A DNA stretch of 64,000 nucleotides from Vicugna vicugna (Eukaryota): the NCBI GenBank assembly GCA_013265495.1, contig MU057801.1, positions 3,006,765 to 3,070,764 on the forward strand, given 5' to 3'. Positions 23,900-37,100 of this stretch are shown here, in pieces (positions within the stretch are counted from its first letter, which is position 1; each line of letters begins with the position of its first letter). The translations under genes and the position numbers were made by a program. The notes beneath the pieces are model-generated. The model was not told where the DNA came from, made no database searches, and saw only the letters and a program-made list of their open reading frames with translations.

Positions 23900-24610
23900 A
23901 TAATCAAATTGAAAACCAAAGGAGAAGCACAGCTAGCCAAAGAACACCTCCTTAACAGACACAAGGACAGAAATCAGATTCTGAGCAAAAATTAAAATCC
24001 ATTTGCACCATCAAGCCTCCCACACATGTATTCTGTCCTCATGCAGTCAGCCAGATGGGCCCCTGGAGAAAATCCTCACCAAGAGCGCAAATGGCCAGAC
24101 TTTTTTCAGGACCTCATGCTGATTTTCAGAACTTGGCCCAGGTGATGGCTGGTATCCAGGCTTGAGACAACGTATTTGTGAGGCTTTCTCTGCTAAGAAC
24201 AACCAGGCTGAAAGGGAACTGTGTGCTCTGAAGGCGAGAGAAGGCACGCAGAGCCTCAGGAAGGGCCTTTGAGAACATCCCAAAGGCACACACAGGGCTC
24301 CGTACGGACATAGGAATTTTTGATTAGCATCTTCACTGGAAATCTCCTCCTTGATATAAAGAAGCGATTTCAAGATCGTCAGGTTGGGTGCACAGGTCGG
24401 CCTCTTGGCGCTCCCACTAAGGAGGATACGCAAATCTCTCAAGAATTCGAACAGCCACTCTGGCCTCACTAACCTCGTCTGCAGGAAAACAGCGTGGCTC
24501 TAGGAGTGCTCAACGCCCTCCCACCCTCCTTACAGATGTCTCCCGTGCGTCTCCGGTCAGGGCACTGGAGAAAGAACTGTCCTACACTCAAGGAAGAAGA
24601 AACAGTGTAA
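23900..24610 (+). mobile_element. Degenerate ERV1-like gag remnant (capsid/nucleocapsid)
   Basis: Zinc-knuckle half GHWRKNCP at 24560-24583 and an MHR-like QSARWAPGENP at about 24044-24076, with many stops. Confidence 0.5.
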
Positions 24611-24889
24611 ACAGTGACAGCCCTACACCTCTGACAGTAGGAAATATGACCCAGAATCTCTTCTTTAAAAAGTACAAATCTGTAGCTCTCACTAAGCAAG
24701 TAGTATTTCTTATTCCATGTGCCAGAGGCACAATCCAGAGCCTACTATTTCATATAAACAGATGATTTCGTATTACTCAGTACCACTCACTCATGGCTGA
24801 GGTTTAGAGAGAAAGCTGTTACACGGATTTGCATTTGTCTGTATGACTATGTACGCCATCTATTTCAGGGGGAAGTGGGGAATCCACAA

Positions 24890-26770
24890 TGAAGAACCTG
24901 GAAGGGTAGGGGAATATTACTTTTCCTCCCCAACACATGCAATGGCATCCTATTCAGAAATAGAAAGGAATAAACCAAGACTCAATGCGACAGTTGTGAG
25001 TGAGCATTCCACGTGTGCTGCTGCGTGACAGGGTTCAGTCTGCAGGGGCTGCACTCTGCATGACTCAATTTGTGAGACATTCTGGGACAGGTGAAATAGA
25101 GATGGTGCATAGCTCACGGGGTGGGGGTTGGAAATGTTCTGTATGATGCTTTAGTCATGGACATCTGCCACTAAGCATTAGTCTAAATGCATTTTCCCCC
25201 AACAAGTAAATCATATATTCAGCTCTAGTTCTTCATGACATTGGAGTGTCACAGGATGGACTAGAGAATGTGACAATCTAATTCATTCAGGAAGTACAAA
25301 AAGAAGAAATGTATGAAAAAAACTCACTCTTGGTGGCGGGGCAGAAGGCACCTGACCTAATCAGCTACGGGAAAGGACGGAATCTGCAGAACAAACGCAA
25401 ACGCACCGCGCGTAACTGCTGGGCTCGCAAGTTCTGCCCACGGTGGGGGTAGCTGACAATGCTGAAGCTGCTACATCTGGAATCAGGAATGGAGCAAGCC
25501 AAGAATTCAGTAAATGCTAGGTGGTGGATGCCAGGTTTCCTACCGTTGGATGGGAGAGGTACAGACAAGCGATGGGAGAAGGGTGTGCTACTCATGTAAT
25601 AACGGATAAATTATACTTCCTAAATTTTAAAAACCTTTGTGTGTCAAAATGTGTTATCCAGAAAGGGAAAACAGCTCAGGATGGCAGAGACTATTTGCAC
25701 ATGATACACCTGCCAGGAGTGTTTTATATAAACAGATACATCAAGGACGTTCACAAACCATCAACGAGAAGACAGCCCAGCCTTTGAAGTGGGAAGGGAC
25801 TAGGACAGGCCCTTGTGCAGGCGAGAAACATGCATGGTCAACAAGCACTTAGCAGGATGTGTGCCAAGAAAAAGAAAAGAAAACCCACAAGAAGGAATTC
25901 TGTCAAAGAAGGCAGGAGCCACTGGAGAGAACTCCCAACAGCCAGGGCAGGAGCGAGTTCAGCGCCCAGATACTGCGGCGCCGGGCTGTGACCAGAGGCT
26001 CAAAGCAGCCACCTCAGCGGGGGGTCCGCACTGCAAAATAAGTACATACTTTTTTGGCTTTTCTTTCTTTCTTCCTCCTCCTCCTCCTTCTTCTTCATGC
26101 TGAATAGAAATCTTCTCTGTAGAAGAATTCCAAATAGTTGATGTAGACACTCGGCCGTTCGTTAAGGAGGTGGTGCTAACTCCCCTCTCCTGAAGTGTGG
26201 GTGCCACGTAGTGATCTCACAGAGTACAGACTTGAAGGAAAAAGTAACTTCACAGTGGAAGGACTCTGACAATCACTACGTCAGCCAGGAGGGCAAAGTT
26301 AAGCGAGCAGTGGTACGTTGCCTTGATTTGTGTCTCCATGATATAAAGCAATGAGAAGCACTTGATCTCTGTGACCTGCTTCCTTAAAACCCATAGCCCC
26401 ATTCCAATCACAGGAACAGCACCAAGTAATCCCCAATGTGGGCACAGTCTGCAAAACACCTGACTGTTCCTCCTCCACATCGTCTAGGTCGCGGAGAGAA
26501 GGACGATGGGAGAACGTGTCAAAGCCCCAGAGACCCTAAAGTGACATGATGATCACTGCCCTGGGGCCTCCTGGATGGGATCCTAGGACAGAAGGAGGTA
26601 AACGAAGGGAGCCCGAGTAGAATATGGATTTCAGTGAATAGTCAGGTACCACATTGGTCCATTAATTGTGACAATTCTGTAGAAAGCTAGAATGAGAAGT
26701 GACAGTGGAAGTCGAATAAGAACATGCTATTGCGTCAAACTAAATACAGAATAAAAAGGTGATTTCCTAA
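24890..26770 (+). mobile_element. Old L1M (L1MC/ME-like) 3' fragments
   Basis: Typical old L1 3'UTR phrases (gactcaatttgtgagacattctgg, aaaagtaacttcacagtgga, gggatcctaggacagaagga). Confidence 0.6.
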
Positions 26771-27149
26771 TAACACAGGCAAAGTGAACTCTGTAACATG
26801 TGGAAAATACAAGCAGGCCAACTGAACGTCCTGTGACCCTTCCTTCCTGCTAGTTCTCCCCTTGTTTGCCTGGGCTTCCGTCTGGGGTTTCCCTCTCCTG
26901 AAACACAGAAGAAGCAGGGAAGGACTTGTCTGGCAGCCCCCTTAGATCTGACCCCACCTAGTGTCTCCATCGTCCCCAGTCGCGCCCTACCTGCCGGAGG
27001 GAGTCTCAGGAGTGACTGAGGAGATGTGTCAGGACTTTTCTGATGACAAGGGACTAGACACACTTACTCAAGTCAAGTAAATTCGTATTATTGTAAGTGG
27101 TAGAAACATATTAATACTTACAAGAGACAAGCTTAAGAGGGGTTGGAGG

Positions 27150-28750
27150 TTTCAGGTCCAGGGGATCACAGTCTCACACTGTGACCTGGTCCCTCTCCAA
27201 CGGTCAGTGCTGCTAAGTGCCTTTGGCTGACCACATTTACAGGCACAGCCTCTCACCTCCCAGGGCATCCAGCAACTCTGGGATGACACCCACACGATGC
27301 CCGCTCCACTGGGAATGGCATCGCCTTCCCTAGGGTTCCATGAAAACTCACGGCTTTGAATGCTTCTTTCCTGGCTTGGGTAACACCCTCACGCTTGAAA
27401 GGAACACAGCAAGCAGAAGATGAAGAACGGGGCTGCCTAGACGTGGATCATATCAGGCCCATCCCCGAGGTGGGTGGAACGTGGGGTCAGCCTTCGGGAA
27501 CTGGACTGGAAGCAGGTGCGACGTTCCCTAGTGAAAGCTGAGGTGCCGCACTTGGGCAGGAGGATGGACACCGGCTCGGTGAGAGCAGCAGAGCACAGCA
27601 CCGACAGCCCGCTGCACATGCAGACCCTGGCACTAGGTAGGAAGGGGTTCACTCAGGGTCAGGGCTGCAGCCGCCCAGCCAATGCTCTTGTCTCCCCATG
27701 ACAGCAAGAAGTTCCTCCATTTGCTAAAGAGCCAGGTTAATGATGGTGGCAAACTCAAGGCTCCTGCCTCGGACAGCAGGTCCTTGCATCTCAAAGACTG
27801 GCCCGGAGTAGCCCACGGGCCCTTGGAAAGCACATATCCCTCATTCTTGTTCCTGGAAGGTGATAGCCCAGGATTCATGCCTGCACCTGGCCACATTAAT
27901 CACCCAGTCCCAAAGAACAAAATCGCTCATGTTCCCACCCTTTCTCCTTTACAAAATGCAGGGTGGTAAGGAAATTCTTGCTGAATGAAGTACTGGGAGG
28001 CTCAAGGATTATTCAGGACCATGGAGTTCATCAGCAGCAGGCTTCCCAAAGGCCACATGGGTGCATGTGTCTCTCCAAGAGCATGCAGCCCCTGTGAAAC
28101 CTCCCCTGTGAGGCCTGTAGCTCACATACCTTTGGTTCATAATGAGTATGAAAAGTTTGTAACAACTGGAAGGCCCCAAATGTGCAGGGTTATGGTCTGC
28201 TGTATGGTTGTTATGGCCAAGGTCACCCTCAACATCTGGAGGGTTAGTACCCTTCTTGGCAGACTAAGAGGCTGTTGGGGAGGAGACCCCTTTCCCAACC
28301 ACATGGATGTTGGTCATGTAAACATGCCAAGGGACTGTCTGTACTGCTCAGGTCACTGTTCAATTGCTCAGCAGCATGGTCAGCTCAGTAATTGGCCATG
28401 GGGGTTTGACAGGGCCCGTGCTGGCCTGAGCTGGGGAACCACAGATGACTGCCTGGATGGTCAGAGGTCAAGGGCTGTCCTGCATGAGACTTGATTTTCT
28501 GATGCCCACTCAGACGGGACAAACGACTCGTCAGTCCCAAAAGGGTCCGATGAGTCCCCAAGAAGTCAGCCCCTCCCTGCAGGCCAGGTGGCCCCTGCAC
28601 ACAGCCCTGTGTGCATCCGCACGTGTCTTCTGAGTGCCCTGTGCCAGAGCTGTGCTGGAAACTGGGCCTCTCCGAGCAGAATGGGGCCAGCACCACCCTT
28701 TCCAGGTGGGAGGGAGCATAGGGAAAACCCTGCACGACTTCTGGTGCCCT
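27150..28750 (-). mobile_element. Highly degenerate ERV pol remnant (RNase H to integrase)
   Basis: Ordered, frameshifted motifs resembling ERV1 RNase H: SARR..VSSTALAQG, AHRAVC..REGLTS, and AN.*ADHAA at about 28396-28370. Weak, by-eye call. Confidence 0.4.
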
Positions 28751-28968
28751 TCACAACCCTTGACTGAGGCTGAGTTGGGTTTGAAACAGTCAGAAGGACA
28801 GACATTCCACCTTTCTCTCAGAGACCAGGACTTCGAGGACTGGGGGAGAAAAACGACGACACAGCTCACCTGCCTGACTCGTGTGTGACCCTGGGAGAGT
28901 CCTGTCCATCCTGGAGGCCTCAGAGAGGTGGACAGGGAGCCAGGGAATGAGGGTGGGTTATGCTTAGA

Positions 28969-29175
28969 CCTAACCCTAACTCTAACCCCAGCCCCACAAC
29001 CTGTAACCCTAACCACCTAAACCTAACAACTGTACCCTCAACTCTGACACCTAAACCCTAATCCATGACCCTGACCCTTTAACCATCACCCTCTACCCTG
29101 ACCCACCAACCCTGACCATAACCCTAAACACTGACCCCTAAACCAGGCCACTGACTAGGATCTCAGACCTAAACC
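28969..29175 (+). repeat. Degenerate telomere-like (CCCTAA/CCCTGA/CCTAAA)n array, interstitial
   Basis: cctaaccctaactctaacccc...taaccctaaccacctaaacctaac...accctaatccatgaccctgaccc...taaccctaaacactgacccctaaacc. Confidence 0.8.
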
Positions 29176-29179
29176 GTAG

Positions 29180-32100
29180 CAAACTGGTTACTGAGGGACG
29201 ACTCCACAGCCTCTAAAATAAGCTAAGGAAATGAATCTTCATGTCCTTGCATTTAGATGTGGTTTCTTCAGTCTGACATCAAAGCACAAGCCAAGAAAGA
29301 AGAAAACAGATACACTGGATTTTCTCAAAGTTAAAAACGTTATTGCGTCAAAAATGCTATCCAGAAGGTGGAAAGACGGCCTGCAGACTGGAAGAAAACA
29401 TTTGACGTTATGTATCTAATGAGTCCGTCATCCAGAATGTATCAAGAAACTCATCAACAAAAACACAGAAAACGTAATTTTTAAGATGCACAAAGGACTT
29501 GAGCAGACTCTTCTCAAGACAGGACACACAAATGGTCAACAAGGACATGTAAAGATGTCAAACATCAGTAGTCATGGAGATGCAAATTAGCACCATAATG
29601 CAGTACCTCTTCAAACACACTACAATTGTTATAGTGAAGAATAATTTAAAAAGAATGAATGTTTGCAATAATATAGAGCAAATGGAATTTTTAAACACTG
29701 CTTGTGGAAATGTAAAATTGTGCGGCTTATGGGTACAACACTTTTTTGACATTCCCTCAAAAAGCTAAATGTGCAAGTACAACGTGGTTCAGCAACTCCA
29801 CGTCTAGTGATACACAACACAGAACTGGAAACAGATGTTCAAGCAAAAACTTGTACATATGTATTCACAGCAGCACTGCTCACAACAGCCCACAGGTGGA
29901 AACAATTAAAATGTCCGTCGGTGGGTAAATAAATAAGCACAATGCAGGGCCCCCGCAGACTGCCACATGATTCTGCAATAGGAGCAAATAAAGTAAAATA
30001 CTGTAGACACCGGGGTCAGCAATATGGCAGCACCTCAAAAAGTTTCCCCCAGAGCTCACATGGGAGCTGTCAGTCCCACTCAGGGTGCTCACTCAAAATA
30101 CTGGAAAGGAGGGGCTGGAGCCGATGCTTGTCCCCACATCAGTCACAATGACAGAGGTGGAAGCAGCCCAAGTGTCCACCGATGAAAAAGTGAACAAACT
30201 GGATGGGCTATACACACAAAGGAACATCATTCAGCCCTGAAAACTAAGGGGGTGCTGACACGTGCTACAATATGCATGAACCTTGAAGTTACTACGCTAA
30301 GTGATCGCAGTCAGACACAGAGGGACAAGTTCTATGATTCTACTTATGTAAGGATCCAGATGTGTCAGATTCAGAGACAGAAAGAATGTGGTTGTGAGGC
30401 ACTAAGAAGAGTCAGTGCTAAACGGATGCATTTCCACTTGGGGAAAATGAAAAACACTTGGGAGGTGGGCAGTGAGGATACTTTTTATAACTCTGTAGAT
30501 GTAGTTAATGTCACAGAACTGGATATATAAAACCTTTGAAGTGGTAAGTGTTACGTGTTATAATCACAATGGGAAAAGTGAAATCGTGGTGTCTGTTACA
30601 ACCCGGATGAACACTGACAACATCCTAAGGGAAGGAAGCTATACAGGAATGGTCACCAAGATCATATGCTCCTCTTGTGCTTTAAATCCATCTCAAGAGT
30701 TTGAATATGAGGAAAAGTCTCAGTCTGGGTTCTAAGAGAAAAACAACAACAACACTGGATCAGAACAGAAACAGACATTTCCGTACAGCTGGGGGAGCTG
30801 GTGACGGTAGAAGTAGACCTGGGGGTTGGATTATTACAAGAAACTCAAAGAATCTTCACATGGGGTTACGTGCTGGTTCCCTGGGAGAGTGTCCCTCTTT
30901 GGGGTAAAACACACTGGAGTATTTTGTATGAAGTGGCAAACGTGAATACTGTGTACTGCTACTGGAAATTGTCTATACATTTGAAATTACTGGAAAATAA
31001 ATTCATTTTCAAAACAGTCATGACAGTAAAAGGACAGAAACGTAGGAAAGACCTCACACTCAGAGGTGGAGGCCCTGCCCCCCCAGACTGCTCATCGCCC
31101 TCGGAGGGCCTGCAGGGTTTCCAGGGGCCCTGTGGGGAGACGGCATCAGCAGCCAGTGTCTCGGGTGCTATTTGGGACCTGGATGTGGGAGAAACAGTGG
31201 TATTTCCAATTCCAGTTTTCCACATCAAACCACCAAAAAACTGTTAGGAGTAATAAATGAATTCAGTCAAGCTGCAGGATACAAAATCAATACGCAAAGA
31301 TCACTTCTGTTCCTATACACTAATAACGAACCACCAGAGTGAGAAACTAAGAAAACAATCCCACATACAGAAATGTCAAAAGAACAAAATATCTAAAAAT
31401 AAATTGAAACAAAGACATGAAGGAACTGCACACTGAAACTTTTAAACATTGAAGACATTGAAGACACACAAAAAATGGCAAGCTATCCTGTCCTCATGGA
31501 TGTGAAGAACTACTAGTGCTGAAATGCCCATTCCACCCAAAACCTAGACACATTCAGTGCAATTCCTACCAAAATTCCAATGGCATTTTCCACAGAGACC
31601 AAACAAACCACCCTAACATTTGTAAGGAACCACAAAGGACCCCAGACAACCAGGGGAGCCAGAGAAAGGAGAACAGCAGCTGCAGGAAACTCACTCCTGA
31701 CTTCAAACCGTATCATGAAGCTACAGTCACCAAATAGTGTGGAAACGGCACAAAAAGAGGCCCACAGGCCTGAGGAACAGGCGAGAGAGCCCAGGAGCAC
31801 ACCCACCAACAAGCGGTCAGTTAACTGATGACAAAGCTGCCAAGGACCCACACCAGGGAAAGGACAGTTCCCTCGATCAACTGCCTGGAAAACTGCACAT
31901 CACAAGCCAAAGGACACTAGACGTTGTTTGCCCCATCCCCAAAACTAACTAAAACCCAGTTTTTCCACATCAAGCCCTTCCTCTGTTGGGCCCTCTGAAG
32001 ATGGACACTCCACATCCAGACATGCAAAGGAAGCTCCTCTTCAGCTTTTCCTCACCTTCCTCACACCCCGGCAGCACCTCCCAGCCCAACCTGAGGACAC

Positions 32101-34146
32101 GGAGCTCCTCTCAGTGTGGACACAAGCTCCACGTTGTCCCGGAGCCAAATTCTGGGCGGGTCTGGAGGAGATGGGGCTCCAGGCAGCTGAGCAGGGAGCC
32201 CAGTCTGTGGGCAGAACCAGCAGGCGCTGCACTGGGCAGAGAGGTGGGCCCATCCCCCTCTGTTGGCAAACAGGGAAATGGAGCCACACCCACCCACAGT
32301 CCAGTGGAGGCCACGGCGCCTGCTGGCAGCCCTGCTGAACCCACTCAACTGTGAAAATTCAAACTGATGGAAGCAAGTGTCCTACGATTTCTCAAAAAAT
32401 AGCGATTGAACAGTTAGAAATCATATGCAGTGAAATGGAGATGGACACAAACTTTACAAGTTACACCAAAAGGCACTTGAAAGTATCCTTGGATAAATTC
32501 TAAAACAAAACTGTAAAAATTATAGAAGAAAACAGAAGAAAATCTACATGACCATGGGTTTAGTCATGTAGATGATGACCTTTGACTTTCAGCAACACAA
32601 AAAGCCAACGCACAAAAGAAAAAAAAAAAACTAACAACATGTACTTCATCAAATTAAAAATTTCTATTTATTGAAAAACCTTATTCAGAAAACCAAAAGA
32701 CAAGCAACAAATCAGAGGAAAACTATTTGCAAAACACGTATCTGATAAAGGATCTGTCCTCAAGTTATACATGGAGCTATAAAACAAGCCACTCCATTCG
32801 AAATGGGTAAAGATCTGGACAGACACCTGGCAAAGAATGTATACAAATAATAAACAAGTGGACAAAAATATCATCAACATCATACACTATTAGGGAGTTA
32901 CAAATTAAAGGGACAAGACAGCACGACACACTGATTAGAACTGCTAACCTCCCCGCAAGGGGACCACACCCATTACTGGAGGATGGGGAACAACAGCAAC
33001 TTGCCCTCATTGCTGGTGGAACACACAGACAGCCTCCTGAAGTACAGTTGGGAAGTATTTTCCAACGCTAAACAAGTCTCACACCTTGAGATGCATCAAT
33101 CATGCCTCCAGATTTTACACCACGGTTTTGAAAAACTATATCCAAAGAAAAACAAGGATGCTATTGTGCTCAGAAGCCCCACTCCTAGTGTCTAGACCTT
33201 AAAGGATTCAGGATGTCTTCAGTAGGTGACTGTGTAAGCAAATTGGGGGACATCCATGTGAAGGGGAGCACAATAGAACACCCCACAATATGGAATTTAA
33301 AAAACTCCAAAGACCTAAAACTATTTGAAAAATGAAAAACAAGTTTGGTGGCTCACACTTCCCAACTGCAATAGTACACAAGAGTAAATAAAACACTGGG
33401 ACACTGGAATCAAGATATACACAAAGATAAATGGCATTGAATGGTGATCCTAAAAATACGACCACCCATCAATGAGAACTGATTTTAGACAACAATCAAC
33501 AGCATTAAATTGGGAGGAAATGGTGTTTTCAACAAAGGGTGGTAGGCAATAAGCTATCCACATGCAGAGGTGTGAAACTGGACCCTAAAGACTTGAGCAT
33601 CTGCAGATTTTGGCATCCATGGGATGTTATGAAACCAGTCCCCTAGGGATGCTGAGGGATGACAGTGCAAACTCTCCAATAAAACATGGGAGAAATCTTC
33701 ATAACCTTGAAAATAGCAATGATTTCTTGGTCTGATAGCAAAGCACAAGCAACAAAAGGAGAAAAATGAATTTAAAATTAAAAACCTTTGTGCATCAAAA
33801 GATGCAATTCGGAAAGTGAAAAGACAGCCCACACAATGGGAGAAAATATTTCTACATTATATATCTGATGAGTGTTTATCCAGTATGTATCGAGAATTTT
33901 ATAACTCTTCAACAAAGAAAAACAATCCAATTTTAAATATGGCCCAAGAACTTAAATAGACCCTTCTCCACACAAGACACACAAATGGTCCATGAGCAGA
34001 TGAAAAGATATGGTGGAAATGCAAATTAAAACCACAATGCAACAACTACTTCACAAACTCTAAAATGGTTATAATCAAGAAAATTAAAGATAACAAATAT
34101 TAGCAACAATGCAGAGCAATTGGAAACTTTAAACATTACTTGTGTT
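29180..34146 (+). mobile_element. Cluster of old, fragmented L1 ORF2/3' pieces
   Basis: Several successive degraded ORF2 C-terminal and 3'UTR segments (for example gcaggatacaaaatcaata, caattcctaccaaaattccaatggcattttcc, aaaacctttgtgcatcaaaaga). Confidence 0.8.
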
Positions 34147-37100
34147 GGGGAGGAGCCAAGATAGTGGAGTAGAGTGATCCACAGCTCGCTCTCTTCCACA
34201 AATACACGAGGAATTACATCTACAAACCTGCTGAATTGCACAGAACACCTACTGAATTCTGGCAAAGTGTCTCTCATTTTGAAACACAGGAGGAGTCTCA
34301 CAAAAATCTGGTAAGGAAAAAGAAAAAAAGAAAAAAAATTTGGTGCAAGACTGGTCCTGCAGGGAGGGGATGGCATAAAAAGAAAGTCACCCTCACGCTG
34401 GGACACCCCTCTCCAGCTGGGAGGTCAGTGGGGACAGAAGCGGAGCTTCCAAGGTTCGGAGGAGAAAGCGGCAACTGTGTGGCAGACAGAACTGAAGGAA
34501 ACTGACACAGAGGGTCCCTGCGATCCCCGGCCCTAGGCACGAGCCTGCAGGGACAAGCTGGGACTGGCTGCTGGAGATCGGCGAGGAGCCCAGCAGAGGG
34601 CTGGGTCCCACTGCAAAGAGACAGCCTCAGGGGACTGGAGGGCAGTGTGAGCTCTGGCTGGGGGTGAGTGTGGAACAGAACAGCCTGGGAACCCCATAAG
34701 AAAGCACCACTGTTGTGGTGTGTGTGCGCGAGGGGCGCATGTAGCCACACCACAGCTGCTTTCTCTGCTTGGCTCCATTATTGGTGTGTTCTGGTGAGAA
34801 GAGGAATGGGGCTTGACCATAGCCATCACTGCTGTGGATGAAAGCTGAATCCACACCCAGCGGCCCTGCAGCTTCACAGATAAGACTGAGGTTTATTTAC
34901 AGCCCCAAGCAGAGAGGAGGGATTTGCTCTCTCTGGACCCTTTGCAGACCTGTGCCTCTGGGACTAACAGGCAGTGAGCAGAGTTCTGACTATGGCGGGG
35001 GCGAGTATGGGTATTTACAACAGGCTGGTGTATGGTACCATATGTGGAGGCCGGCTGGGGTCTGTGCCAACCCTGTGCTGGACCACAGATTCAGGTGTGT
35101 GACTGTACTTTTGCTATGGTGGGTGCAAGTACCTGACATTGGCAGTTTCTGGGGTTCAGAACCTAGGGGACACCAGAGCAGGTGGCCAAGATTCCTGCAG
35201 CTAAGGTGAGGATAAAGGAAGCATCAACAAAGAGTACTTTGTAAGCCCGCATAACAAGTGACAGACATCACCACAGAGGGCACTTCCCAGGGGACTCCTA
35301 CCCACTCTTCTTCCCAACTGAAGTGCTCCAACCCTGCCTAATACGCACCATAACTCAGAAACAGATTTAAATGAAATCCATAGAGCCAAAGAAATGTAAG
35401 TAAAATGAAGAAGCAGAGGAACCACTCTCAATTAAAAGAACAAGAGAAATCTCCTGAGAGAACAATCAATGGAATAAATCTCAATAGTCTATTAGATCAT
35501 GACTTCAAAAAGGGAATGGTCAACGCAATCAAGGAACTAGAAGAGACTATCACTAGAGATGGAAAATACTTTAAAAAGGAAATTAAAACTAAAGAGAAGA
35601 GCCACTTAAAAACAGAAAACTCAATTGCTGAGCTAAGAGCCGAAATGCAGGCAATCCAAAGCAGACTAGATAACGCCGAGGAACAAATAAGTGTCCTAGA
35701 AGACAGGATGACAGAAATCACCCAATCAGAACTGCAGACAGAAAAGCAAGTAAAAATCAATGAAAGCAATATAAGGAACCTGTGCGATAATATAAAGCAT
35801 GCCAAACTATGCATAATAGGGGTTCCAGAAGGAGAAGAGAGAGAAAAGGGGATTGAAAAGGTATTTGAAGAAATCATGACTGAAAACTTTCCAAACCTAA
35901 AGAAGGAAACAGATGTTCAGGAGGCACAGAGGGTCCCAAAAAAGAAGAACCCAAACAGATACACACCAAGACATATCATAATTGAGATGGCCAAAATTAA
36001 AGATAAAGAAAGGATTCTGAAGGCAGCAAGAGAAAAACAAAAGAGTTATTTACAAAGAAACCCCATAAGGCTTTCAGTGATTTCTCTACACAAATACTAC
36101 TGGCCAGAGGGAGTGGCAAGATACAATCAAAGTCCCGAATGAGAAAAAAACTGTAACCTAGGATACTCTATCAGGCAAGACTATCCTTTAAAACAGAAAG
36201 AGAGATCAAGAATTTCACAAACAAGCAAAAACTAAAAGAATTCAGCCATACTAAACCCATACTAAATGAAATATTGAAAGGGCTACTCTAAATTAAAACA
36301 AAATGGGAAGCTATAGAAATTAGAAAACCATAATTGGAAATGTGGAAACTATAGTGAATTGCAAGGGAATAAACATGAAGATGTAAATAAATAAATAAAA
36401 AAATAAAAATAAAGAATAACAAAATCGTAAAAGGTCAGAGAGGAGAGCAAGAAATATACATTTTTTTCTCTCTCTTCTTTACTATTTTTTTCTTTGTTCT
36501 TTTTAGGATGTGTTTGAGCCTACATGACTATCAACAAAAGCAAGCAGATATAATAAGGGGCTAACATGCCTGAAAAACAAGGTAACCACAAATCAAAACA
36601 TACAATAGGGTCACAAAAACCAAAAGGAAACCAAGCTAATAGAAAATAAAATTATCAAGCCACAAAAAGAAAAACAAAAAGGAAAAGAAAGGAACAAAGG
36701 GGAAACGCCAAATCAACAGGAAAACGAAGTTCAAAATGGCAATAAACACACATCTATCAATAATTACTATAAATGCCAATGTACTAAATGCTCTAATCAA
36801 AACACACAGAATGGCAGAGTGGATAATAAAACTAAAACTTACAATATGTTGCTTACAAGAGACCCAATTTAGAGTGAAAGACACACATAGATTGAAAGTG
36901 AGAGAATGTAAAAAGATATTTCATGGAAATGACAAGAAAGCAGGAGTAGCAATACTCATATCAGACAAAATAGACTTTAAAACAAAGGCCATAAAGAGAG
37001 ATAAAGAAGGACACTATATAATGATCAAAGGAGTGATGCAAAATGAAGATTTTTACACTCCTTAACATATATGCACCCAGTACAGGAACACATAAATATA

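Noticed and set aside
24047..24469. 140-aa minus-strand ORF preceded by an acceptor-like site
   Set aside because: No recognisable protein. Better explained as antisense to the gag remnant.
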